Assembly: GCA_963740315.1 (NCBI GenBank)
Contig: CAVUDP010000002.1
Coordinates: 1,120,001-1,184,000, forward strand
Direction: 5' to 3'
Source: an uncultured cyanobacterium
Lineage (GTDB): Bacteria > Cyanobacteriota > Cyanobacteriia > Cyanobacteriales > Nostocaceae
DNA length: 64,000 bases
The position numbers and the translations under genes were made by a program. Shown here in pieces: positions 21,231-31,980 of the stretch (positions are counted from its first letter, which is position 1; each line of letters opens with the position of its first letter). The notes beneath the pieces are model-generated. The model saw only the letters and a program-made list of their open reading frames with translations. It ran no database searches and was not told the DNA's origin.

Positions 21231-22022
21231 ATGTTTGGCGGACTTACTGGTTTTAAAGATTCTCAAGGCAGCGACTGGGGCGAGCAGATGCTCAATACTG
21301 TCGCGAGTCAAACGATTCGCCACTTGTTTTCCAAAAGCGAGTCGGTAGAAGTCTTTGTGCGCTGCTACCCCTCCAGCAAGCTTTTACAGGGCAGTATTGA
21401 CAGCTTCAAAATGGGCGGGCGCGGCTTGGTAATTCGCAAAGATTTCTTTGTTGAGGAAATGTCGTTTGAAACCGATGCCGTGTCTATCGACTTCAGTTCG
21501 GTACTAAGCGGTAAATTGCGTTTGAAGCAAGCCACTCAAGCGATCGCTCAAGTCGTGTTAACGCAAGATGGTATTAACCAGGCTTTTACAGCGGAATTAG
21601 TCAAAAAACGTCTGATAAATCTTTCAGAACCAACCTTAACGGCATTCTCTGACGGCAAACCTGTTTCTTTTACCGATGTTCAGGTGGAATTGTTGCCAGA
21701 TAATCGGTTAAAGATTTTCGCCAAAGCTGACTTAAACAACGGCGAATTAGTACCGTTGAATATGACTGTAAAAGTAGGTATTGAACGGCGACGCAAAGTT
21801 TCCTTCAAAAATCCACAAATCGATCTGGAGTCGGTACCAGAAGAGCAAAGAGAAATTTCACAAACTTTGTGTACTGCATTGGCAGAAATTTTAGATAATA
21901 TGGTCGATTTAGACCGTTTTGACCTAGATGGAGTAAAAATGCGGCTTAATCGTTTAGAAACCGAAGGTCAAAAGTTAATTTTTAGCGGATATGCCGAAAT
22001 TGAGCGCATACCACGTACATAA
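21231..22022 (+). CDS. DUF2993 (LmeA-like) domain protein
   Basis: Conserved cyanobacterial pattern SKLLQGSIDSFKMGGRGLVI...FETDAVSID...RLETEGQKLIFSGYA. Confidence 0.75.
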   Translation: MFGGLTGFKDSQGSDWGEQMLNTVASQTIRHLFSKSESVEVFVRCYPSSKLLQGSIDSFKMGGRGLVIRKDFFVEEMSFETDAVSIDFSSVLSGKLRLKQATQAIAQVVLTQDGINQAFTAELVKKRLINLSEPTLTAFSDGKPVSFTDVQVELLPDNRLKIFAKADLNNGELVPLNMTVKVGIERRRKVSFKNPQIDLESVPEEQREISQTLCTALAEILDNMVDLDRFDLDGVKMRLNRLETEGQKLIFSGYAEIERIPRT

Positions 22023-22169
22023 ATTAGGATTCGCGAACAGTTATCAACCCAAATTTGATAATTGTTCCCACGGTAATTCTTTTAGGAAAGCGTTTATAAA
22101 ATGTCACCGGAGTTAATACCCCCTTGTAGTCAACCAGTCTTCTGGAAGATTGCAGGGGGGTAATTATGT

Positions 22170-22270
22170 TGGGGGGATGGGGGGATGGGGTTCGGGGGAG
22201 ATGGGGGGATGGGGTTCGGGGTAGAGGGGGTAGAGGGGGGAGAGGGGGTAGAGGGGGGAGAGGGGGGAAG
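22170..22270. repeat. G-rich STRR tract
   Basis: (GGGGGAT)n, (GGGGTTCG) and (AGAGGGGGT/G)n. Confidence 0.8.
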
Positions 22271-22387
22271 ACAAGAATAAATTTGAAATATAGTCGTTTC
22301 AATTCATTTTTGTAGTGCGAGCATCTTGCTCGCTCGTGACGCTAGCGAGCAAGATGCTCGCACTACTCCTAACTCCTAATTCCTAAT

Positions 22388-22522
22388 TCCTAACTCAACG
22401 CCGGTTACTGAGCAGTTCGACGTAGCTCACTGTAAGACTTGTCGAAGTACTCCTAACTCAACGCCGGTTACTGAGCAGTTCGACGTAGCTCACTGTAAGA
22501 CTTGTCGAAGTACTCCTAACTC
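22388..22522. repeat. Exact 63-bp tandem duplication of a palindromic element
   Basis: TCCTAACTCAACGCCGGTTACTGAGCAGTTCGACGTAGCTCACTGTAAGACTTGTCGAAGTAC at 22388 and 22451. Confidence 0.9.
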
Positions 22523-22650
22523 CTAACTCATAACTCCGGTAGTCCTAACTATCCCCAATGCCCAATCCCCACTTTAGTGATTAAAAGCTTATGTAAACTA
22601 ATCCTTCACCTGTACAATCAACCGCAGGAGTGTAAAAGGGGAGGGGTGTT

Positions 22651-23934
22651 GTGTCACTCAAATCATCACCGCAACTGCGACGCGAATTAGGGGTTGTAGG
22701 GGCAACTGTGATGGGGCTTGGTTCGATTATCGGTACTGGGGTTTTTGTCAGTATTGGTATTGCTGCTGATATTGCTGGTAATGCGGTAATTTTAGCTGTA
22801 ATTATTGGTGCTTTGGTTGCTACCTGTAACGGACTCAACAGCGCCCAACTTGCTGCGAATCATCCTGTAAGTGGTGGTTCTTACGAATACGGTTATAAAT
22901 ATCTAAATTCTTGGTTGGGATTTACCGCTGGATGGATGTTTTTGTTAGCTAAATCTGCTTCTGCGGCTACGGCTGCTTTGGGTTTTGCTAGCTATTTTTT
23001 GAATGCAACGGGTTTAAATGGAAGCGGTTTACTCGTACCTTTGGCATTAGCTGCTGTATTTATAATTACGGCTATTGTGTTAAATGGTATTCGCCGTTCT
23101 AATCGAGTAAATATTGCAATTGTATCTATTTCAGTTTTTAGTTTAATTTTCTTTGTATTTGGGGGAATTCCTACAGCGATCGCATCTGCCAGTAAAAATC
23201 TCACGCCGAATAACGCTTCGACTGCTAATTTGCTTCATGCTAGCGCTTTGATGTTTGTGGCTTATACGGGTTATGGACGAATTGCGACTCTGGGGGAAGA
23301 AGCCAAGGAGCCGCGTAAAACTATTCCTAAAGCGATTATTGTCACGATGATAGTGACAATGCTAATTTACGTCGGAGTCGCGGCGATCGCTGTGGCGGCT
23401 ATAGGGGCAGAAAAGCTTGGTGAATCGGCTGTCACGGGGCAAGCTGCACCTTTAGAAGTGGCAGTGCGTAGCTTTGGCATTCCGGGGGGAGCGCAAATCT
23501 TGGCAATTGGCGCAATTTTCGCGATGCTGGGAGTATTGCTGAATTTAATTTTAGGTTTATCCCGCGTATTATTGGCGATGGGTAGAAGACGAGATATGCC
23601 GAGTATTTTTGCAAGATTAAATACTACTGGTACAACTCCAACGCCTGCTGTAATTGCGGTAAGTACGATAATTTCTGTTTTAGTTTTAATCGGCAACGTT
23701 AAAACTACCTGGTCTTTTAGTGCTTTTACAGTTCTGATTTATTACGCAGTTACTAATTTAGCTGCATTTTCTTTACCGCGTCACGAAAGACTTTATCCTA
23801 AATGGCTGTCAATTATTGGCTTATCAGCCTGTATATTTCTAGCTTTCTGGGTTGAACCTTTTATCTGGCAAGTAGGTTTAGCGCTGATTTTTGCAGGATT
23901 AATTTGGCACGCCGTTGCGAGGATGAAGAGTTAA
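22651..23934 (+). CDS. APC-family amino acid permease
   Basis: LRRELG, GSIIGTGVF, PVSGGSYEY, FVAYTGY...GEEAKEPRKTIP and about 12 TM helices. Confidence 0.92.
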   Translation: MSLKSSPQLRRELGVVGATVMGLGSIIGTGVFVSIGIAADIAGNAVILAVIIGALVATCNGLNSAQLAANHPVSGGSYEYGYKYLNSWLGFTAGWMFLLAKSASAATAALGFASYFLNATGLNGSGLLVPLALAAVFIITAIVLNGIRRSNRVNIAIVSISVFSLIFFVFGGIPTAIASASKNLTPNNASTANLLHASALMFVAYTGYGRIATLGEEAKEPRKTIPKAIIVTMIVTMLIYVGVAAIAVAAIGAEKLGESAVTGQAAPLEVAVRSFGIPGGAQILAIGAIFAMLGVLLNLILGLSRVLLAMGRRRDMPSIFARLNTTGTTPTPAVIAVSTIISVLVLIGNVKTTWSFSAFTVLIYYAVTNLAAFSLPRHERLYPKWLSIIGLSACIFLAFWVEPFIWQVGLALIFAGLIWHAVARMKS

Positions 23935-24034
23935 GAGTTAGGAGTTAAAAATGTAGAGACGTAGCACTGCTACGTCTCTATAATGTAATGCACAAATCGA
24001 CTCTACCGAATCAATCTAAAATCGGTGAATTAAT

Positions 24035-25420
24035 TTAGCGTCCAACACCAATGTATTGGAATCCAGCCCTAATGGTTGCTTCTGGATCTAAGAAGTTACG
24101 ACCATCTATAATCACGGGATGGTTCATCAATTTAGCCATTTTCGCGAAATCGAGACTGTTGAACTGTTCCCATTCGGTAACGAGTACCAAAGCATCGCAG
24201 CCATCAGCAAGTCTTTCTGCGTCGGTTTCTACCTGTACGCCAGTAAGACCGTGACGCATACCGGATTGTGAAATAATTGGATCGTATGCCTTTACTTTTG
24301 CTCCCAATCGATTCAGTTGCTCGATTAAATTCAACGCTGGTGCATCGCGCATATCGTCGGTGTCAGGCTTAAAGGTTAAACCAAGCAAACCTACAGTTTT
24401 ACCTTTAAGAATCTTTAAGGCTTGCTGGAGTTTTTCCATTGCAATCAAACGCTGACGTTCGTTAACGCTGATTGTAGCTTTGAGTAACTGCGCTTCGTAG
24501 CCGTAGTCATCTGCGGTGTGAACCAATGCCGATACGTCTTTGGGGAAACAAGAACCACCCCAACCAATACCGGCGTTTAAGAACTTGTTACCGATCCGGG
24601 AATCTAAACCGATACCTTTGGCAACTTGGGTTACATCAGCACCAACGCGATCGCAAATGTTAGCAACTTCGTTAATAAAGCTAATTTTGGTTGCTAAGAA
24701 TGCGTTTGCGGCATATTTAACCATCTCAGCGGAAGATAAATCTGTGGATAATACGGGTACTTGAGGTAAGGATTTATCTTCTGCGTACTGACGTTCGACA
24801 ATCGGAGTATACAGTTCTTTCATCATCGAAAGAGCTTTCTGAGAGTTACCTCCCAAAACAATGCGATCGGGATTGAAAGTATCGTAAATTGCCGAACCTT
24901 CGCGCAAAAACTCAGGGTTACTAACTACATCAAAATCACCAGTGGGCAACTTATCTTCATTCGGTGCCCCACCTGCGGGTACTAATTCCTTTTGACGTTC
25001 GGCAATTCCATCGAGAACGATCATCCGTACCCAATCTCCGGAACCAATGGGTACTGTAGATTTGTTAACAATAACTTTGTAACCGCCGTTTAAGTGACTG
25101 CCGATACCTTTTGCAACCGCTTCCACATAACGAGTATCGCTTTCACCTGTAGGTAAAGGTGGAGTTCCTACAGCAATAAAGAGAATTTCCCCGTGAGCAA
25201 CTCCCGCACCCAAATCGCTGGAAAACTGAATTTTCCCAGTTTTAATGGCATTTTGCATAATTTCCGAAAGTCCCGGCTCAAAAATTGGCGATTGCCCGGA
25301 CTTCATCAATTTAACTTTTTCTTCGTTATTGTCTATACAAATTACATCATGCCCGATGTGAGCCAAACAAGCACCTGTTACCAAACCAACATAACCAGTA
25401 CCAATTACGCAAACTCGCAT
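24035..25420 (-). CDS. ugd: UDP-glucose 6-dehydrogenase
   Basis: IGTGYVGL, KSTVPIGS, SNPEFLREG, GWGGSCFPKD and FKPDTDDMR motifs. Confidence 0.96.
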   Translation of the reverse strand: MRVCVIGTGYVGLVTGACLAHIGHDVICIDNNEEKVKLMKSGQSPIFEPGLSEIMQNAIKTGKIQFSSDLGAGVAHGEILFIAVGTPPLPTGESDTRYVEAVAKGIGSHLNGGYKVIVNKSTVPIGSGDWVRMIVLDGIAERQKELVPAGGAPNEDKLPTGDFDVVSNPEFLREGSAIYDTFNPDRIVLGGNSQKALSMMKELYTPIVERQYAEDKSLPQVPVLSTDLSSAEMVKYAANAFLATKISFINEVANICDRVGADVTQVAKGIGLDSRIGNKFLNAGIGWGGSCFPKDVSALVHTADDYGYEAQLLKATISVNERQRLIAMEKLQQALKILKGKTVGLLGLTFKPDTDDMRDAPALNLIEQLNRLGAKVKAYDPIISQSGMRHGLTGVQVETDAERLADGCDALVLVTEWEQFNSLDFAKMAKLMNHPVIIDGRNFLDPEATIRAGFQYIGVGR

Positions 25421-25523
25421 TTTATCTAATTCCTCACTTTTTTGGAGTTATTTAACTTTTTAGTAGCCGATAGTCAAGAAGCCTGTGACTTATAGTCAAT
25501 TTTAAGCAGTTAGATTTGATTAC

Positions 25524-26483
25524 TTACTTGCTACTATTGACAACTGACTTTTCAGTAGTTGTTACCCGCTCTCGAAAATCTTCTATAGTCTGTTTTAACC
25601 CTTCTTGAAGAGGAATGGTAGGTTCCCAATTTAACAAAGTCCTTGCTTTGGTAATATCGGGGCGGCGGCGGCGGGGGTCATCGGAAGGTAATGGCTCAAA
25701 ATTAATTTCTACGTCTGGGTTAACCATATTTTGAACTGTTTGCGCCAATTGTAGAATGGTGTATTCATCCGGATTGCCCAAATTAATCGGACCAATATGC
25801 TCTCCATTCATCAAACGCATCAGTCCATCTACCAAGTTATCAACGTAGCAAAAACTACGAGTTTGCGAACCATCTCCGTAGACAGTTAAAGGAATACCTT
25901 GCAAAGCTTGAACTATAAAATTGCTAACTACCCGTCCGTCATGTTCAAACATCCTCGGACCGTAGGTGTTAAAAATACGAGCAACGCGAATATCAACATC
26001 ATTTTGTCTGTGATAGTCGAACATCAACGTTTCAGCAATCCGCTTACCTTCGTCATAGCAGGAACGAAGTCCAATCGGATTAACGCTACCCCTATAATCT
26101 TCCCTTTGGGGATGAACTTCTGGATCGCCGTAAACTTCACTAGTGGAAGCCAGTAAAATTCTTGCTTTGACGCGCTTAGCCAGCCCCAGCATATTCAGCG
26201 TACCCATCACATTGGTTTTAACTGTTTTTACGGGGTTGTATTGATAATGTACCGGGGAAGCAGGACAAGCCAAATGATAAATCTGTTCTACTTCTAACCT
26301 AATTGGTTCGGTGATATCGTGGCGAATGAGTTCAAAGTACGGATTACTCAACCATTTGACGATGTTCCGCTTATGTCCCGTGTAAAAATTATCTAAACAA
26401 ATAACTTCGTGCCCATCATTCATCAATCTATCGATCAGATGAGAACCAATAAACCCAGCTCCGCCCGTCACCAATATTTTCAT
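25524..26483 (-). CDS. UDP-glucuronic acid decarboxylase (UDP-xylose synthase family)
   Basis: [38 protein letters not shown] and [10 protein letters not shown] motifs. Confidence 0.93.
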   Translation of the reverse strand: MKILVTGGAGFIGSHLIDRLMNDGHEVICLDNFYTGHKRNIVKWLSNPYFELIRHDITEPIRLEVEQIYHLACPASPVHYQYNPVKTVKTNVMGTLNMLGLAKRVKARILLASTSEVYGDPEVHPQREDYRGSVNPIGLRSCYDEGKRIAETLMFDYHRQNDVDIRVARIFNTYGPRMFEHDGRVVSNFIVQALQGIPLTVYGDGSQTRSFCYVDNLVDGLMRLMNGEHIGPINLGNPDEYTILQLAQTVQNMVNPDVEINFEPLPSDDPRRRRPDITKARTLLNWEPTIPLQEGLKQTIEDFRERVTTTEKSVVNSSK

Positions 26484-26865
26484 AGTTGCCCAGTTAATTT
26501 CAAATATTTACGTTATTCGATTATGCTTGTCTTTAGGATACCCAGCCTGACAACAAAAATATAGTAAAAGTACGGATAATCCAAAATTTTTTTTGAATTC
26601 CCTTATTCTCCTCTACAAATAGAATCCTTCCGGTTATATATACGTTCTTTACAATTCCATTAGAAAAATAACAAAGATTGTGTAGTCACCGTGAAGTAAC
26701 GTGCCAAAATTTATCAAAAATTTAAGAAGTTGAAGTTACTGTAGGAGATTACATTTATGTTGAAGATTTAGGAAATAGGAAATATTAAAAGTTAGAAATT
26801 AGCAGCGAAGAGTTATAAGTGATTAATAATACAGACCCTTAACATAACTGCTAACTGCTAACTGA

Positions 26866-27020
26866 TAACTGATAACTGATAACTGATAACTGATAACTGA
26901 TAACTGATTACTGATAACTACTCACTGATAACTGCTCACTGCTCACTGCTAACTGATAACTGCTAACTGCTCACTGGTAACTGATAACTGCTCACTGATA
27001 ACTGCTCACTGGTAACTGAT
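26866..27020. repeat. STRR array overlapping the antiporter 3' end
   Basis: (ACTGATA)n, (ACTGCTC)n and (ACTGCTA)n heptamers. Confidence 0.9.
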
Positions 27021-29124
27021 TGCTAGCAACACCAGCCTGTACGGTGGCATTATTGGTACGTTGTGGTGGTTCTCCGAGCATAATAATCGAACAAGTTAAT
27101 TGACTGGCTAACTGGGTTGTCACATCACTAATAGCCAATCCCCCAGGAATAGTACGATTGCGAGTAAAAGGTAGAACAACTAAGTCATATAGTCTGGCTG
27201 CTTGCAATATTGCTTGAGCCACATTTTCGTGAGCGATAATTTGAACTTCTGGTGGATTAGACAAACCGAGTTTAGAAATACATAGTGAAAGTTGCGATCG
27301 CCGCCAGGATATTTTATTGGAACTGGTGCGGCGATCGCATACGTTGAGTACGGTGACTTGTGCAAGATTTGCCGATGCGAGAATTTGAGCAAGCTGCACT
27401 GGCTGCAATATAGGTGCGGTTAAATTTTCGATCGGTACTAAGATGCGCTGAATTTTGGAAGGTGATTCAACCAGACGGGTTACGGCTACCGGACAGTGAG
27501 ATGCCCATAATACCCCATCAATGACGTTACCGAATAAACGCGCTTTGAATCCGGTGCGTTTACCCCAACCCATAACAATTAAGTTTGCCTTTTTTTCTCT
27601 AGCAGCCCGACTAATTCCTTGAGCAAAAGCGTCATCTATTCGTAATAATGGTTCTGCTTCTACATCAAGGAAGCGACTTAATGCTGTGGCTTTGTTCAAC
27701 AATCGTTCGCTTCTTCGCAGCGATTCTTCCAACTGGGGTGCATCCATGCTCGCAGCAGCAGTCGCAATTGCTAAGGGTATAATTTTGCCGTGGGCTTGAT
27801 TAGCTAATAATGCAGCCATTTCCATTAAATGCTGCTGGGTTTGTGGATTGTAAACGGGTACTAAGATGCTAAAAGGGCTGTCTATCTCGGAGCCAGATAT
27901 ATCTACTGTTTCTTGGTGTTTTGGTAATGAAGAATTGAAGGTAACAGCAACCCTATTCGTAATTATTGGTCCGATAAACGAAGTTACCAGGATCAAAACT
28001 ATGGCGCTATTTAATACGGATGGCGTTAGCAATTCTGCTTGATATCCTACCAAAGCCACACTTGAGGTAACAGCCACTTGAGGTACGCAGATCGACCACA
28101 TTGTTAATATTTCCCGCCAGTTGTAGCGGTAAATTAATTTTGCGAATAATGCTGCGATAAATTTGCTTGCGACTAAACCCAAAACAAGAAATAGCGTCAA
28201 ACTAACCAAACCCATGTTTTTTGCAAAGGCAGGTAAATCAAACTGAAAACCCAAGTCAACAAAGAAAATCGGAATGAATAAGACGCTACCTACAAACACA
28301 ATCTTTTGTTTGACTGCTCCTCCGATAACTTCATTGACTGCTAATCCAGCAAAAAAGGCTGCAATAACTATTTCTAACCCGATTAATTGAGCGCCTAAAG
28401 CCGCTAAAAATACTGCTAGCAGCACAAACAAAAACTGGTTTCCCTGATCCTCTCCGGATTTTCGCAGAAATTCTTTACCAAGCCAGTCAAAACCGACTAA
28501 GACAACCACGCAGTAAACAGTCAACCAACCCAAGAATGCAATAGTTTGCCAAATATTAAGCTCTTTTAAATGAATCGCGACGCATACAGCCAACATTAGC
28601 AACGCAGCAATATCTGTAAACACGCTTGCGCCAATGGTTACACCTACAGCTTCGTTATTCATCAATCCCAAACGATTAATAATGGGATATGCCAGCATCG
28701 TATAAGAAGCTATTATTGAGCCAATTAATATTGAACTTAACCAGTCAAATCCAAAAACTCTTCCGAGTAAAGTTCCCAGAATTAAAGGTATGCCAAAGGA
28801 AAAACTACCAAATCCTAAAGCGCGGTTTCGCCGACGGCGGAATTGCTCTAAGTCAACTTCCAAACCTGCGACGAACAGCAAATAAATCAAACCAATTTTT
28901 GATAGTAATTGCCAAACAGAATGGTCTGCCTGAAATAAATTCCAGCCGTTAGGACCAAGTAATATTCCTGATATTATTAAACCAATCAATCCCGGTAGTC
29001 TAAGTCGTTCAAATAAAATAGGTACGACTAAAATAACTACTAAAATTAGCAAGAAGGGAACGATTGATTCCTTTTCAAGAAGTTGACTGTATGGTAAGAC
29101 TATAATTCGCTCTAAAAGTACCAT
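26992..29124 (-). CDS. CPA2 cation/H+ antiporter with C-terminal universal stress protein domains
   Basis: Multi-TM N-terminus (GLIYLLFVAGLEVD, FIPIFFV) and USP-like ILVPVYNP...LIVMGW. The ORF track starts at TTG 29139. Confidence 0.9.
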   Translation of the reverse strand: MVLLERIIVLPYSQLLEKESIVPFLLILVVILVVPILFERLRLPGLIGLIISGILLGPNGWNLFQADHSVWQLLSKIGLIYLLFVAGLEVDLEQFRRRRNRALGFGSFSFGIPLILGTLLGRVFGFDWLSSILIGSIIASYTMLAYPIINRLGLMNNEAVGVTIGASVFTDIAALLMLAVCVAIHLKELNIWQTIAFLGWLTVYCVVVLVGFDWLGKEFLRKSGEDQGNQFLFVLLAVFLAALGAQLIGLEIVIAAFFAGLAVNEVIGGAVKQKIVFVGSVLFIPIFFVDLGFQFDLPAFAKNMGLVSLTLFLVLGLVASKFIAALFAKLIYRYNWREILTMWSICVPQVAVTSSVALVGYQAELLTPSVLNSAIVLILVTSFIGPIITNRVAVTFNSSLPKHQETVDISGSEIDSPFSILVPVYNPQTQQHLMEMAALLANQAHGKIIPLAIATAAASMDAPQLEESLRRSERLLNKATALSRFLDVEAEPLLRIDDAFAQGISRAAREKKANLIVMGWGKRTGFKARLFGNVIDGVLWASHCPVAVTRLVESPSKIQRILVPIENLTAPILQPVQLAQILASANLAQVTVLNVCDRRTSSNKISWRRSQLSLCISKLGLSNPPEVQIIAHENVAQAILQAARLYDLVVLPFTRNRTIPGGLAISDVTTQLASQLTCSIIMLGEPPQRTNNATVQAGVASNQLPVSSYQ

Positions 29125-29449
29125 ATTTATTGCTGACAATCCAAAAACGTGCTGGAGTTAGCTGGCGATCTTTTTCCACCACACAACCGGCTTTGTCTAC
29201 CGTGCAGGCAGATAGAAGTTAGATGTTGTTTGAATTTTTGTGTTTAAGCTACCCCAGGCAGGATGCGAACCTAACCCTTTCAAACCTTAGCTCCGCATCT
29301 AGATTTGGAGAAAATTCAGAAAATCTCACTTTCCCATGCATCCTTTTACGATCGATAAAACGAATTTAAATACAAATCTAAAAATAACTCTGAAAAAATT
29401 TAAAAAATGATACTTAGCATAACTTAAAAAGTTTCTTTAAATTAACTAC

Positions 29450-30094
29450 CTATGGATGGATTTGATTCAAAATGAATCGCAAGCGATCGTAGTCATCTTT
29501 AAGCACCACGCTTAAGTAACGTCCAGCTTCAACCAACCATTGTCGGTCAGCTTTACGTAACTTATATACATCCCTGATTGCTGCTGCACTCAAAGCTTCA
29601 ACTGGGGCACTATTAATTGAAAGCAGTGTTTGCAAAAAATCAAATTCTTCCGTAAATTTCAAGACTTCTTCTGCTTCGCATCGATGAACCGCTTGATGAA
29701 TTTGCGGCGGACGGGGTGGTAGATACTGGTAAATTTTCTTACCATCAGCCTGCTGCTCAAATCCGACAATTGCGGCACGAAATTCAGTTTTGAGCATGGC
29801 GAATATTTGGGGTTGCTCCTCTCGTAAATCTTGCAGCGATAAGCCTAAAGCTACAGGTCTATGTACGGAATCTATGGGCATGGTGGTTGCATGAAACACA
29901 ATTGCAAAGACTTTATTTGCTGATTCTTCGTCCACCGAACATACCCAACTACCGAAGGGAGGCATTGGTGGAAAGCTCAAGTCTTCCGGGTCCAGACACT
30001 GTGCCAAAAAGTCACAAGTAGAGGTTTCAATCACTTCGGCAAAGTGATTGGGATGACGATTGCTGTTACTAAACTGGGGTAAAGGAAGGCGCAT
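29450..30094 (-). CDS. HAS-barrel domain protein
   Basis: PPFGSWV, DSVHRPVALG, PQIFAML and YQYLPPRPPQIH pattern. Confidence 0.7.
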   Translation of the reverse strand: MRLPLPQFSNSNRHPNHFAEVIETSTCDFLAQCLDPEDLSFPPMPPFGSWVCSVDEESANKVFAIVFHATTMPIDSVHRPVALGLSLQDLREEQPQIFAMLKTEFRAAIVGFEQQADGKKIYQYLPPRPPQIHQAVHRCEAEEVLKFTEEFDFLQTLLSINSAPVEALSAAAIRDVYKLRKADRQWLVEAGRYLSVVLKDDYDRLRFILNQIHP

Positions 30095-30191
30095 AAATAA
30101 AGGTTATGAGTTATGAGTGATGAATTATCAGTTAAAAAATAATAACAAATAAAACAAAACCCTTAACTCTTGACTCGTAACTAAGACAAAA

Positions 30192-30383
30192 TCATTTTTT
30201 ACGTCCTGCCGTAGGATCTACATCTTCTAACTCACTGAGTCTAAAAGTAATTAATTTATCCCAATTACCACCTTCAAATAGTACGGCAATCTTACCATCG
30301 GTGACTCGCTGCACAAGTCCAGTCATACGGTAGTAAGTATCTGCGGGGTTTTTAACGCGAACGGTTGCTCCAGGCAAAATCAT
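30192..30383 (-). CDS. ndhS: NDH-1 complex subunit NdhS
   Basis: [10 protein letters not shown]...[32 protein letters not shown]. Confidence 0.92.
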   Translation of the reverse strand: MILPGATVRVKNPADTYYRMTGLVQRVTDGKIAVLFEGGNWDKLITFRLSELEDVDPTAGRKK

Positions 30384-30556
30384 GATTATTGCTCTTTAAA
30401 GTTTCTTTCTCAATTATCAATCAACAATTATCAATTATCCATTTTTAAAGTCGGGATAATCAGAAATCTATTATTTATTCACAAACAAAGCAGATCGCGA
30501 TCTCAACCGAAATCGATCGCGCTTTGAGCCGGTGATTGTCCATTGAAAACTGGTTA

Positions 30557-31876
30557 CTAATACTTATTAAAGATCCGAAAGTTCGCTACCGATTCAACTA
30601 ATCCAATGGCGATAAAGTTAGCCAACATAGCCGAACGTCCGTAACTCATAAATGGTAAAGGAATTCCTGCTACTGGTGCTAAACCTATGGTCATTCCAAT
30701 ATTAACAACCATCTGGAACACAATCATTGCCAAAACGCCAATTGCTAGTAACGAGCCAAAATTATCTTTAGCACTCAAAGCAACGTGCAATAACCTTTGA
30801 CAAATTAAACAAAATACGAGTAATAATCCCAAGCAGCCGATAAAACCAAATTGTTCGCCAACTGCTGAGAAAATAAAGTCGGTATGCTGTTCGGGAACAA
30901 AATTGAGTTGAGTCATCGGACCGTTAAACGGACCCCATCCAAACCATTTACCAGCGCCAATAGCGATACGAGATTGAATCAAGTGATAGCCGGTTCCCAA
31001 GGGATCTAGTTCGGGGTTGAGAAATGAGGTGATTCTACCTTTTTGATATTCTTTGAGTACATGATTCCAAGCGAAGATTCCTAACTCTCCACCCAACAGA
31101 TTTAAAGCTAACGCGCCGATACCACCTAAAGCAAATTTTTTCCCTGGAAGCGTAGTCCAGCCTATTAACCCCATAGTAATAGACCAAATCAAACCCAAAG
31201 GTGTAAAAAATATTCCTTCCGCTAACACGAACGGCTCGATCCAGGGCCAGGGTATGCTAAATAAAATCGCCGCTACTACTGGAGAAATTAACAGAATTAA
31301 CCAACCTGGATTAGCATTTGCCCAATACAGCATTGCTAATACGATCGCACCAAATACCAATGATGTTGCTAAGTCTGGCTGTAAGAATACCAATGCCCAA
31401 GGAACTGCCGCGATCGCCAAAGCTCTGAAAAAGTTAGGAAGACTCGAAGCCGTGCGTTTATGTAACAGCGCAGCCAGAGTAATAATTACCCCTACCTTGG
31501 CGAATTCTGACGGCTGTACGTTAAAGCCAAAAACATTAATCCACCGTTGTGCGCCTTTAGCACTAACACCTACTGCCATTACTGCTATCAGGCTGGCGTT
31601 AGTTAAGGCATAAGTAATCCAGTGCCAACGTTGCAGATTTTCATAGCGGCTGCGGGCTATAAATAACGATATTAAAAAACCAACACCTGCAATTAGTAAG
31701 TGCCACCACCAATCGCTTTTTCCTTGCTTGAATTCCGTACTGAGAATCATAAAGCCGCCAAACATACTGACGGCAATGGGCAGCAAAAACAGCAGTAAGT
31801 CTACTTGATGCCAGGGCTTAAATAAATGCTGCCAGGGATTTCTGTTTCGTGAGTAGCGTGACTTTTTTAGTAACAT
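30557..31876 (-). CDS. rodA: Rod shape-determining protein RodA (SEDS family)
   Basis: GAQRWI, QPSEFAK, QPDLAT, GYHLIQSRIAIG, PEQHTDFIFS and GIPLPFMSYG motifs. Confidence 0.93.
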   Translation of the reverse strand: MLLKKSRYSRNRNPWQHLFKPWHQVDLLLFLLPIAVSMFGGFMILSTEFKQGKSDWWWHLLIAGVGFLISLFIARSRYENLQRWHWITYALTNASLIAVMAVGVSAKGAQRWINVFGFNVQPSEFAKVGVIITLAALLHKRTASSLPNFFRALAIAAVPWALVFLQPDLATSLVFGAIVLAMLYWANANPGWLILLISPVVAAILFSIPWPWIEPFVLAEGIFFTPLGLIWSITMGLIGWTTLPGKKFALGGIGALALNLLGGELGIFAWNHVLKEYQKGRITSFLNPELDPLGTGYHLIQSRIAIGAGKWFGWGPFNGPMTQLNFVPEQHTDFIFSAVGEQFGFIGCLGLLLVFCLICQRLLHVALSAKDNFGSLLAIGVLAMIVFQMVVNIGMTIGLAPVAGIPLPFMSYGRSAMLANFIAIGLVESVANFRIFNKY

Positions 31877-31980
31877 CGAGTCTTGTTGATAACTGAGCGA
31901 TTAAAATACTTGATAATTGCGTCTTTTTATCTTTATTCTCAGCACTGTGCCCGCTACCCAGACAGAAATTCCAATTATTT

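Noticed and set aside
22388..22522. Possible mini CRISPR array
   Set aside because: The units are identical over the full period with no unique spacers, and there are no cas genes in the window.
29250..29275. tRNA-like T-arm on the minus strand (AGGTTCGCATCCTGCCTGGGGT)
   Set aside because: No matching acceptor stem, D-arm or anticodon arm could be built. I also could not support a known cation riboswitch upstream of the antiporter.
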